Origin: a virus
Length of the DNA stretch: 38,310 bases
Strand: one strand, 5' to 3'
IMG/VR virus record: IMGVR_UViG_3300043932_000190
Shown here one piece after another: positions 26,218 to 33,382 of the stretch. Under the pieces are notes generated by a model. It saw nothing but the letters and a program-made list of their open reading frames with translations, had not been told where the DNA came from and made no database searches. The translations under genes and the position numbers were made by a program. Each line of letters starts with the position of its first letter. The first letter of the stretch is position 1.

Positions 26218-26289
26218 TCTGCTGAGCATCTCCAACTGGTGGAGAGTCAGGAAACTGATACGTTGTTGGTTCGACTCCAACCGGCGGAA
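26218..26289 (+). ncRNA. tRNA-like module TL2 (72 nt), with the anticodon arm replaced by a GAAA-capped hairpin
   Basis: Acceptor tctgctg/cggcgga (two G-U pairs). D arm ctcc-aactggt-ggag. Hairpin gtcag-gaaa-ctgat. Variable region acgtt. T arm gttgg-ttcgact-ccaac. Discriminator a. Confidence 0.45.
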
Positions 26290-26366
26290 TTATCCAGTTT
26301 AATAGCTGGATTGTAAGGAAGGTTCGACCGTTCGCAGGCGAAACCTTGTGTGTAAGCCTGTTAGAT

Positions 26367-26468
26367 ATCACTGTGGCGGAATAGGTAGACGCTGGGACAC
26401 GGAGATGATGTGATAAAGACGCGCCGGTGAACGCACATCATGTCAGGTGCAAATCCTGACCAGTGATA
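26367..26468 (+). ncRNA. tRNA-like module TL3 with a class-II (Leu-like) D arm and a long insert hairpin
   Basis: Acceptor atcactg/cagtgat (extendable to 9 bp). tg-gcg-gaataggtaga-cgc closely resembles a tRNA-Leu D arm. 8-bp stem atgatgtg/cacatcat (26405-12/26434-41). T-like arm gtcagg-tgcaaat-cctgac. No 7-nt anticodon loop. Confidence 0.4.
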
Positions 26469-26590
26469 TAGGCGCACCGTCTAGCGGCTTTGCTGGGCCG
26501 ATAAGACGCCAAAGAGAGTACCGGCATGGCCGTGCCGGGAAGGATTGCTTTAGATTCCAGGACTCGGCAGCCATCGCCTGGACAGCAGAT

Positions 26591-26662
26591 GCAGTCGAAG
26601 CTTAATTGCTATTGGATCACCAGCCAAAGGCGGTGTTGCGGGTCCGAATCCCGTCGGCTGTA
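26591..26662 (+). ncRNA. tRNA-like module TL4 (72 nt), non-canonical
   Basis: Acceptor gcagtcg/cggctgt (two G-U pairs). Short D-like arm agc-ttaatt-gct. 4-bp stem ttgg/ccaa with an 8-nt loop. T arm gcggg-tccgaat-cccgt (T-loop has C at position 55). Confidence 0.35.
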
Positions 26663-26734
26663 TAATTGCGGGCAACCGTTTCGGCGGTACCGGGGAGAAT
26701 TCCCCCAGAGCAGAGGACCTCTACACAAGCCTCA

Positions 26735-26807
26735 AGGACGATAGCACTGTTGGAAGTGCGCCGGAAAGACGTCACCGGAGAAACGGGTCCGAATCCCGTG
26801 AGTCCTA
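26735..26807 (+). ncRNA. tRNA-like module TL5 (73 nt), non-canonical
   Basis: Acceptor aggacga/gagtcct (5 of 7 bp; a perfect partner aggactc lies at 26559-65). Perfect D arm gcac-tgttggaa-gtgc. ccgg/ccgg stem with a 10-nt loop. T arm acggg-tccgaat-cccgt. Same 3' trailer (a ttgcccac) as TL1. Confidence 0.4.
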
Positions 26808-26830
26808 TTGCCCACACACATCAGAAAGGA
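26807..26830 (+). repeat. Direct repeat copy A (attgcccacacacatcagaaagga)
   Basis: Matches 26978-26999 apart from one extra CA. It supplies the SD sequence (aaaggag) of the 40-aa ORF. Confidence 0.8.
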
Positions 26831-26840
26831 GACAACATTG

Positions 26841-26963
26841 ATGAAGAAGCGGTTTGCAAAGTTTGTTTTTGAAGTTTTAACTGGGAAAATCCATCTTGTT
26901 GAAAGCAGTCGATCAAACTCACTTGATGGAGTTTCAAGCTTTGACTTTAAAGCCACTCACTAA
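26841..26963 (+). CDS. Small ORF (40 aa), not in the ORF track
   Basis: ATG 26841 lies 8-9 nt after the strong SD sequence gaaaggag. Product MKKRFAKFVFEVLTGKIHLVESSRSNSLDGVSSFDFKATH. AT-richer than its flanks and bracketed by 22-24-nt direct repeats. Confidence 0.45.
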   Translation: MKKRFAKFVFEVLTGKIHLVESSRSNSLDGVSSFDFKATH

Positions 26964-26977
26964 AGCTTAATAACATT

Positions 26978-26999
26978 ATTGCCCACACATCAGAAAGGA
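26978..26999 (+). repeat. Direct repeat copy B (attgcccacacatcagaaagga)
   Basis: See copy A. Its ttgcccac can pair with gtgggca at 27024-27030. Confidence 0.8.
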
Positions 27000-27034
27000 T
27001 GCGAAGACCGCCTGAACTCGGTCGTGGGCATTAC

Positions 27035-27106
27035 CGCCGGGCAGAGCGATGGACGCTTGCGTGCCTCATAAGCACGAGACTGCCGGTTCGATTCCGGCCC
27101 TGGCAA
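27035..27106 (+). tRNA. tRNA with anticodon CAU (Met, fMet or Ile2-type); no encoded CCA
   Basis: Hand-folded cloverleaf: cgccggg ca gagc gatggac gctt g cgtgc cTCATAa gcacg agact gccgg ttcgatt ccggc cctggca a. It has a C1xA72 mismatch, a G10-U25 pair, GG in the D loop, and U33/A37. Confidence 0.75.
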
Positions 27107-27153
27107 TTTGCCCGTAAAAAATAAGCTTAGTTCACTTAATTCACACGGGCAAA
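27107..27153 (+). other. 9-bp inverted repeat (tttgcccgt / acgggcaaa) immediately 3' of the tRNA
   Basis: 27107-15 is perfectly complementary to 27145-53, with a 29-nt loop. It repeats the TTGCCC-trailer/complement pattern seen after TL1 and after repeat copy B. Confidence 0.5.
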
Positions 27154-27215
27154 TGAGTCACCTCAGGATAGTATCTCAGCGCGAGTTGGGGTACTATTTC
27201 TGTGAGGTGACAAAA

Positions 27216-28103
27216 ATGGGATTATATTACACGGCAAAGCTGAACATTAGTGGGAATCTTTTTAGCAATAACCTTCAGGAAATCAAGTTAAAGGCTATTC
27301 CTGAAACTTTAATGAAATTTTCGGACCAACAGTTTGGTGAGAAAATGGTCGTTAAAGAGAGCACTCAGAAAACTGCAAATTCCGTTCGATACAATCGCTG
27401 GATTTTGACAGACATGGAAAAGATCGACGAAGGAATTATTGAAGGAAACTTAACAAAGATATTTCCGAGAGAGGAAATAGTGCTGGAAGGTGTACGAACC
27501 AAAACCACTGTTGAGGACCAAATCCGGACTGCACATTTCTTCTATGTCATAAGGGATGAGTTGCTGGCTTTTCAATCCACGACAGATATTAATTATCAAG
27601 TATTCCCTCGAAAGTTTGAAATACTCATGAAAAAAGCTGATACGGACTTACAAATTGGAGATGTGAGGATTGAGCTTCTCACTAGGATAGACGAATTCAA
27701 ACAGAAACTTTTTTCTCAACCTGTTCGAAGAGTACTATTGAAATTTGTAACGCCAAATGATCCAAAAACAACCGATTCAATTGCTGATATTCTCTTAGGG
27801 AGCCGCGCAAAAAAAGCAGACTTTAAAATGGAGAATTTTACTGATGATGAGGGTTTGCAAGCTAAAGATAGTGATGGACAGCCGGTAAAACTTTTTTCTG
27901 ATTTCTTTCTTCTTCTTGAGCGCGGGTACGGATCTTTAAAAGCATGGGTGGGAAACAGGAACCGACCTGAGGTTATAGAATCAGAAAAATTTCCTGTTAA
28001 GGCAAATATTCGTAGGTCTACTAACAAAACGAAAACCATTGCGGATATTGAAAGCGAAGTGAAAAAGATTGAAAAGCTCAAGTCAAGCAAAAAAGACGAG
28101 TAA
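27216..28103 (+). CDS. Unknown soluble protein (295 aa), gene A of the AT-rich two-gene accessory cassette
   Basis: Start refined to ATG 27216 with gaggtga 7 nt upstream; the track start at 27108 would begin directly after the tRNA, inside the hairpin. Visibly lower G+C than the rest of the phage. No catalytic motif recognised. Lys-rich C-terminal tail. Confidence 0.7.
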   Translation: MGLYYTAKLNISGNLFSNNLQEIKLKAIPETLMKFSDQQFGEKMVVKESTQKTANSVRYNRWILTDMEKIDEGIIEGNLTKIFPREEIVLEGVRTKTTVEDQIRTAHFFYVIRDELLAFQSTTDINYQVFPRKFEILMKKADTDLQIGDVRIELLTRIDEFKQKLFSQPVRRVLLKFVTPNDPKTTDSIADILLGSRAKKADFKMENFTDDEGLQAKDSDGQPVKLFSDFFLLLERGYGSLKAWVGNRNRPEVIESEKFPVKANIRRSTNKTKTIADIESEVKKIEKLKSSKKDE

Positions 28104-28620
28104 GAACGTAATCAAGAGATCAAAGTTTATCCATGGGCTTCTTGCAAACCCTCGTTATTCGATATTTAATTGGAGTTTCTGGACGTCTTTGCTTCTTACA
28201 ATCATTACCTTAATATTCGGCGGGAACACCACTGCATACATTGCTTTAAATTATTTAATGAGACATAGTTTTGATCTGGTTTCAATGTCAGTGGGGGCAA
28301 TTGGAGTTATACTTGCCGCAATTGCTATTTTAGTCGTGATATTCAGTCGACAGGGATTGGCAAGAATAGTTGCAGCTGATGAACAAACGTTTGAAGGATT
28401 CATATTTCCGTATAGACTGTCCGCAACCATTTGGGCAATTTTAGCGGTTTGGTCGCTTTTTGTTCCATTGTTGAATAATGGTTTGAATATTAGCGTCAAG
28501 CTTGCAATTGCTTATGTCTGGTTATTTCTGATTTTATACGCAATGTTGTATGTTCTTTACTTAATTGGTGAAATTATTCAGAACATTCTTTTGTCGGCGG
28601 AAATTGAAAGCAAAAAGTAG
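28069..28620 (+). CDS. Four-TM membrane protein (183 aa), gene B of the cassette
   Basis: TTG start overlapping gene A by 35 nt (possible coupling). Basic N-terminus followed by four hydrophobic helices: WTSLLLTIITLIFGG, SVGAIGVILAAIAILVVIF, ATIWAILAVWSLFVPLL, IAYVWLFLILYAMLYVLYLIG. Confidence 0.7.
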   Translation: MKSSSQAKKTSKNVIKRSKFIHGLLANPRYSIFNWSFWTSLLLTIITLIFGGNTTAYIALNYLMRHSFDLVSMSVGAIGVILAAIAILVVIFSRQGLARIVAADEQTFEGFIFPYRLSATIWAILAVWSLFVPLLNNGLNISVKLAIAYVWLFLILYAMLYVLYLIGEIIQNILLSAEIESKK

Positions 28621-28678
28621 ACTAAAAAGCTTTGTTGTTGCTAAAGACGTCCAAAGGTATCTTTATGACTTTGCACAG

Positions 28679-28710
28679 GCACTCCACCAAGCGGTGAAGT
28701 GCTATTTTTA
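28679..28710 (+). terminator. Rho-independent terminator ending the cassette
   Basis: gcact-c-cacc-aagc-ggtg-a-agtgc hairpin followed by tattttta. Confidence 0.65.
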
Positions 28711-28712
28711 TG

Positions 28713-28744
28713 CAAACAAAAACCACCGGCTATTGGGTCGGTGG
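28713..28744 (-). terminator. Minus-strand-oriented intrinsic terminator, back to back with the plus-strand one
   Basis: Hairpin ccaccggct-attg-gggtcggtgg (28723-44) is preceded on the + strand by caaacaaaaa. On the minus strand this reads as hairpin plus tttttgtttg. Confidence 0.5.
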
Positions 28745-28890
28745 CCAAAAGGTAGTATCGGTTGGGGAAATAATGTAGCAGCTTAGCAACCACAGGGGGG
28801 TCGTGCATTGCTTTATTTCCTTACCAGTTATTATGCACCCGGTCAACCGCCGGATGCAATAGATGAGCACAAGATTTTGGAGGTGGTTCC

Positions 28891-29019
28891 ATGCCCAAGA
28901 GGATCCACACGAAGTACGGCTATGAGCCACCTGAATATGTTAAGGCGGACTCCGAACTAGAGAAATGGCTGAAAAAGCAAAAAGAGAAGGACAACGACGA
29001 GGGCACCAGTGGCAAATGA
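28891..29019 (+). CDS. Small ORF (42 aa), not in the ORF track
   Basis: ATG 28891 lies 5-6 nt after the strong SD sequence ggaggtg. Product MPKRIHTKYGYEPPEYVKADSELEKWLKKQKEKDNDEGTSGK. Confidence 0.5.
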   Translation: MPKRIHTKYGYEPPEYVKADSELEKWLKKQKEKDNDEGTSGK

Positions 29020-29058
29020 CTGGGGCCTATTTTTATGCAGGAGGTGTGGTGATATGTA

Positions 29059-29706
29059 ATGGCCAAAGGGAAGTATCAAGAATGGCAGACACCAGAGCGG
29101 TTGGCATTGCTTGAAGGCTGGGCGCGCGATGGGTTAACTGACGAACAAATAGCCCACAACATCGGCGTTCGTAGAGAAACTTTGTATGCGTGGAAAAAGG
29201 CACATCCTAACATTTCTAACGCCCTAAAGAAAGGCAAGGAAATTGTTGACCAAATGGTCGCTGGCTCGCTGATTAGGCGTGCGCTGGGAATGACAGTGAC
29301 CAATACCACGTATAAGATGGTTCCTCTCCGAGAGGACGTGCTGGAAGCAAGACGAACACGCTGGCGTAATGAATATCAGCTGGATCATCCTGAGTTGACT
29401 CGTAAGCAACTAGTTCAGGCCTCAATTGAGAATGTCCCAACTTATGAAAAAATCCCGATCATTGTTAATGAAAACGAGTTGGCGCCGGATACCTCAGCAC
29501 AAATATTCTGGTTGAAGAATCGGAAGCCTGAGTTATTCCGTGATCAAGCGTTCAAAGGCCTTAATGAAGCGCAGGCTCGCAAGGCCAAAGCCGAAGCGGA
29601 GATTGCTGAAGCCAAGGCCAAACGTGAGACCAGCGAAGACACGAGCAACATCACAATCAACATCAAGCCAATTCAGCAAGGAGGAGACGATGACGGTGCA
29701 AATTAA
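29059..29706 (+). CDS. terS: Terminase small subunit
   Basis: 215 aa. N-terminal HTH-like region (LLEGWARDGLTDEQIAHNIGVRRETLYAWKK). Immediately upstream of, and overlapping, terL. Confidence 0.8.
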   Translation: MAKGKYQEWQTPERLALLEGWARDGLTDEQIAHNIGVRRETLYAWKKAHPNISNALKKGKEIVDQMVAGSLIRRALGMTVTNTTYKMVPLREDVLEARRTRWRNEYQLDHPELTRKQLVQASIENVPTYEKIPIIVNENELAPDTSAQIFWLKNRKPELFRDQAFKGLNEAQARKAKAEAEIAEAKAKRETSEDTSNITINIKPIQQGGDDDGAN

Positions 29707-30988
29707 CATTGATCTGAATTCAATCGTCCCCAAAGCTTACGCACCGCTTTACAATGACAGAACACGCTACCTGACGTACAAGGGCAGTCGTGGGTCGCGC
29801 AAGTCGTTCTCCGTTGCCGAAGATGTGATCATGCAAGTCATCTTGCACCCTTACGTCAATTGGATTGTGCTTCGCCAATACGCATATACGAACAAGGATT
29901 CGACGTATTCAACTATCCAACAAGCAGCATTCAGGCTGGGCGTTTACGACCTGTTCAAGTTCACAATATCGCCGCTAGAAATCACCTATAAGCCAACCGG
30001 CCAGAAGGTGTTTTTTCGTGGCATGGACAAACCACTGGCCGTTACTTCATTGCAACCAACAACCGGCGTGCTTGCTCGAGCATGGTGGGAAGAAGCATAT
30101 GAGCTGAAATCGCTAGACGCATTCAAGACCGTCGAAGAAACAATGCGTGGTGAGATCGATGATCCTGATGGCTATTACCAGTCGATTATCACATTCAACC
30201 CGTGGAGCGATCAGCACTGGCTTAAACGTGAGTTCTTCGACGAAGACACAAAGAACCCGCGTTCAAAATCGTTTACGACCACATACAAGGACAACCCATA
30301 TCTTGACGATGATTACATCGCCAGCCTCAAAGACATGGTTAAGCGCAACCCTAATCGTGCCCGTGTTGCCGTATATGGTGACTGGGGCATTGCAGAAGGT
30401 CTTGTGTTTGACGGACTGTTTGAGCAGCGTGATTTCAGTATGGAAGATATCGCAGCATTGCCAAAAGCGGTTGGCCTTGACTTTGGTTTCAAACATGACC
30501 CAACAGCAGGCGAGTTCATGGCAATCGATCAGCAGAACAGAGTCGTATATATCTACGACGAGTTTTATCAGCAGGGAATGCTAACACAGCAGATTGCTGA
30601 GGCTATTGGGCAGCATAAGGGATACGGCTTGCAGATAACGGCTGATAGTGCCGAGCAGAGGCTCATATCCGAATTGTCAGGTGTATATGGTGTGCCAAAC
30701 ATCATTGGTGCTGGCAAAGGCAAAGACAGCGTCTCGCAAGGTATCCAGTACATGCAGTCTTACCATTTTGTGGTTCATCCCCGTGTTAAAGGACTACTGG
30801 AAGAATTCAATACGTACGTTTATTCAAAAGACAAGTTCGACAACTGGACGAACACGCCAGTCGATGCTAATAACCACGCGATCGATGCATTACGGTATGC
30901 GATGGAACCGTTTATGTTCCGGACTGCCGGCCATTACATGAGCAACCAAGAACGCATTCAGACAATCAAAAATTTAGGATTGGGGTGA
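29690..30988 (+). CDS. terL: Terminase large subunit
   Basis: Start refined to ATG 29690 (MTVQINIDL..) with aaggagga RBS. Walker-A-like YKGSRGSRKS. 432 aa, followed by the portal gene. Confidence 0.85.
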   Translation: MTVQINIDLNSIVPKAYAPLYNDRTRYLTYKGSRGSRKSFSVAEDVIMQVILHPYVNWIVLRQYAYTNKDSTYSTIQQAAFRLGVYDLFKFTISPLEITYKPTGQKVFFRGMDKPLAVTSLQPTTGVLARAWWEEAYELKSLDAFKTVEETMRGEIDDPDGYYQSIITFNPWSDQHWLKREFFDEDTKNPRSKSFTTTYKDNPYLDDDYIASLKDMVKRNPNRARVAVYGDWGIAEGLVFDGLFEQRDFSMEDIAALPKAVGLDFGFKHDPTAGEFMAIDQQNRVVYIYDEFYQQGMLTQQIAEAIGQHKGYGLQITADSAEQRLISELSGVYGVPNIIGAGKGKDSVSQGIQYMQSYHFVVHPRVKGLLEEFNTYVYSKDKFDNWTNTPVDANNHAIDALRYAMEPFMFRTAGHYMSNQERIQTIKNLGLG

Positions 30989-30989
30989 C

Positions 30990-32510
30990 ATGATGGATCC
31001 ATTTGAAGAATCAAACTTACTGTATCAAGAAGACATTACGAACCTCACTCCGGATCGGATCATGAAGTTCATTTTCCATCATCACGAGTATCAGCTTCCA
31101 CGGCTAAAAAAACTTGACCGATATTACAAAGGACAGAATGAGGGAATTCTACAGCCGCAGTCACGGCGCATTGAAACCGGCAAGTCAGACCATCGCGCCG
31201 TTCATTCATTCGGCAAGTATATCGCTGACTTCCAGACGGCATATTCTGTTGGTAATCCGGTTAATGTGAAGCTTGATGATGATGACAAGCGACTCGATCA
31301 GATTACACGCGTGAACGACCTGGACGCACTCAACTATGATCTGTTTCTAGACATGACACGCTATGGGCGTGCCTACGAGTATGTTTACTACGGTAGTGAC
31401 TCAATCGAGCATTGCGTTCGTCTTGATCCGCTTGACACGTTCGTCATCTACTCGCTTGATGTTGATCCGCAACCGATCATGGCTGTTCGCTATCATTCGG
31501 TAGAGTTGGTTGACGAGAATAACAAGACAATCATCGAAATTATTCCCGAAACATGGACAGCGAAAGAACATGACATTTACAAGCCGACTACGGTTGGCGG
31601 AGCAATGTATTTGGATCACAGCGAGATAATTCGCGTGTTTCCTGTTGTGGAGTATGACAACAATCGATTCCGAACTGGAGACTTTGAGCATGTTATCTCA
31701 CTGATTGACCTATACGATTCGGCACAGTCCGATACCGCCAACTACATGACTGACCTCAACGATGCGCTGCTAGTAATTAGTGGTGATATTGACGCTCTAT
31801 TTAATGGCAGCACGTTGCTTAGCGGTGTTGACCCCAATGATCCCGAGGCGATGAAAAAGCTCGCAGAAGACAAACTAGATCTGATTAAGGAGCAGAAAGA
31901 CGCCAATATGCTGTTGCTCAAGTCTCGAATGACAGCAACAGGTCAGCAGACGAGCGTTGACGCAAAATACATCAACAAAGAGTATGACGTCAGTGGCACC
32001 GAAGCATACAAGAAGCGTGTTGCCGAAGACATTCACAAGTTCAGCCACACACCGGACTTGACTGACAGCAACTTTGCAGCCAATGTCTCTGGCGTCGCGA
32101 TGAAGTACAAGCTGCTAGGTACTGTTGAATTAGCAGCAATCAAGCGGAGAATGTTTGAGAAGTCATTGTATCAGCGATATTCAATCATCTACGCACTTGA
32201 CAAGAGCGTGTCAGGTGGCATGAAGACGGACCCTAATACGATTCAGTTCACGTTCCGCGACAATCTACCTACGGACGACATCACACAAATTACAGATCTT
32301 GTTGCTGCTGGCGCAGTGTTACCGCAAGAATATCTCTACAGATTTGCACCGGGTGTCACTGACCCACAAGAGATCACTAACATGATTGCCAAACAGCGAG
32401 CAGACAGTGAGTACAGCGAGGATTTGACTAACAATGACGAAAACACCCAAGGAACGGATCAAAGCGTTAGCGGACAAACAGGACAGGAAACACCGCCAGA
32501 TAGCAAGTGA
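30990..32510 (+). CDS. Portal protein (SPP1 gp6-like)
   Basis: 506 aa, positioned after terL, acidic C-terminus. Confidence 0.8.
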   Translation: MMDPFEESNLLYQEDITNLTPDRIMKFIFHHHEYQLPRLKKLDRYYKGQNEGILQPQSRRIETGKSDHRAVHSFGKYIADFQTAYSVGNPVNVKLDDDDKRLDQITRVNDLDALNYDLFLDMTRYGRAYEYVYYGSDSIEHCVRLDPLDTFVIYSLDVDPQPIMAVRYHSVELVDENNKTIIEIIPETWTAKEHDIYKPTTVGGAMYLDHSEIIRVFPVVEYDNNRFRTGDFEHVISLIDLYDSAQSDTANYMTDLNDALLVISGDIDALFNGSTLLSGVDPNDPEAMKKLAEDKLDLIKEQKDANMLLLKSRMTATGQQTSVDAKYINKEYDVSGTEAYKKRVAEDIHKFSHTPDLTDSNFAANVSGVAMKYKLLGTVELAAIKRRMFEKSLYQRYSIIYALDKSVSGGMKTDPNTIQFTFRDNLPTDDITQITDLVAAGAVLPQEYLYRFAPGVTDPQEITNMIAKQRADSEYSEDLTNNDENTQGTDQSVSGQTGQETPPDSK

Positions 32511-33243
32511 TGTTGCCAAATACACAGCGGCATTCATGGCGTTCTGGTATGCATTCAACGAGAAGCACGAAGGCTATACACACGCTGATGATTCACGGTA
32601 TTATGATCCTGCACTGAAAGAACGGCTTGATCGAGATGCACAGTCGGCAGGCGTTCAGCAGAAATCGGTTGCCAACAACGATGAACTGCTGTCATATGCG
32701 GCTTATGTTTACTCAACGGCCATTGCTGTTTCGGTAGCTCGGTACATTGGATCATCGTTAGGCAACCTAGTTGAAGAAACGGCCAAGCTTGGCTCGTCGA
32801 TATACGGCAAGAAGATCAAAGCCGATACATCGATCGTTAATCAATTGCTTGATGGTGCCACATGGAGCGACCGTATCTGGTCGAATCAAGACGCCTTGCG
32901 CAACGATCTCAAAAAGATGATGAAGAATGCGCTGCTGACACACAGCAATCCGATCGCACAAAGCCCAGCGCTTCGCAAGAGATTTGGCGTCATGAAATAT
33001 CAGTCCGATCGCATTATCAGAACAGAAAGTGACCGTGTAATGGCTCATCAAAGCATCGTGAATGCGCGAGAAGCTGGCTACAAGAAAGTTGTATGGGTTA
33101 TCAACTCAGGCGCGTGCGACATCTGCTTGCAACACAGCGGAGAAGTTTACACGTTGAAAGAAGCCGAGGGCATGATACCAGCTCACCCTAACTGTCTTTG
33201 CTCATGGGCTGCTTATGATTCCGGCGATGAAGTTGACGAATAA
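32434..33243 (+). CDS. Minor head protein (SPP1 gp7 / Mu F-like head morphogenesis protein)
   Basis: Positioned after the portal gene. C-terminal CDIC...HPNCLCSW motif is typical of the family. The start is uncertain because it overlaps the portal gene by 77 nt. Confidence 0.7.
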   Translation: MTKTPKERIKALADKQDRKHRQIASDVAKYTAAFMAFWYAFNEKHEGYTHADDSRYYDPALKERLDRDAQSAGVQQKSVANNDELLSYAAYVYSTAIAVSVARYIGSSLGNLVEETAKLGSSIYGKKIKADTSIVNQLLDGATWSDRIWSNQDALRNDLKKMMKNALLTHSNPIAQSPALRKRFGVMKYQSDRIIRTESDRVMAHQSIVNAREAGYKKVVWVINSGACDICLQHSGEVYTLKEAEGMIPAHPNCLCSWAAYDSGDEVDE

Positions 33244-33382
33244 TATGTGACCTGAGCAAGTCCCTAAACTACCCAAAAATAATAGCGTGAAGTGATAGAC
33301 GTGTGACCGTGGCTGGGCCTTATGGCGTGGCTGGGATCGTTAAGCACGTCTATTCGTTTTGGGCTAAACAGGAGGAACCATC

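Larger units (their letters stand above)
25960..26830 (+). ncRNA. Candidate large structured RNA locus with embedded tRNA-like modules (GOLLD/ROOL-class or novel)
   Basis: No ORF with an RBS for about 950 nt. Dense G+C stems: cgtg..gggg/cccc..cacg at 25962-25990; atccag/ctggat at 26292-26311; aaggtt/aacctt at 26319-26347; ccggca/tgccgg at 26521-26538; gggga/tcccc at 26692-26705. Long-range 8-bp pair ttgcccac 26060-67 / gtgggcaa 26149-56. A GAAA tetraloop and five T-arm/acceptor modules, all in + orientation. Confidence 0.4.

Noticed and set aside
26015-26807. Calling TL1-TL5 ordinary functional tRNA genes (a phage tRNA array).
   Set aside because: I could not fold any of them with a 5-bp anticodon stem and 7-nt loop. 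Three also have non-canonical T loops (TCCGAAT, TGCAAAT). They are therefore reported only as tRNA-like modules, pending covariance-model scoring.
25928-26956. Track ORFs across the ArpU-tRNA gap (25928-26197 on +, 25942-26280 on -, 26183-26371 on -, 26526-26744 on +, 26617-26817 on -, 26666-26872 on +, 26732-26956 on -).
   Set aside because: None has a Shine-Dalgarno sequence. They overlap each other on both strands, run straight through the T-arm/acceptor structures, and give Cys/Arg/Pro-rich nonsense-like translations. The region is better explained as RNA.
27108-27215. The track start codon at 27108 for cassette gene A.
   Set aside because: It would begin immediately after the tRNA 3' end, inside the 9-bp inverted repeat, and it has no RBS. 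ATG 27216 has gaggtga at ideal spacing.
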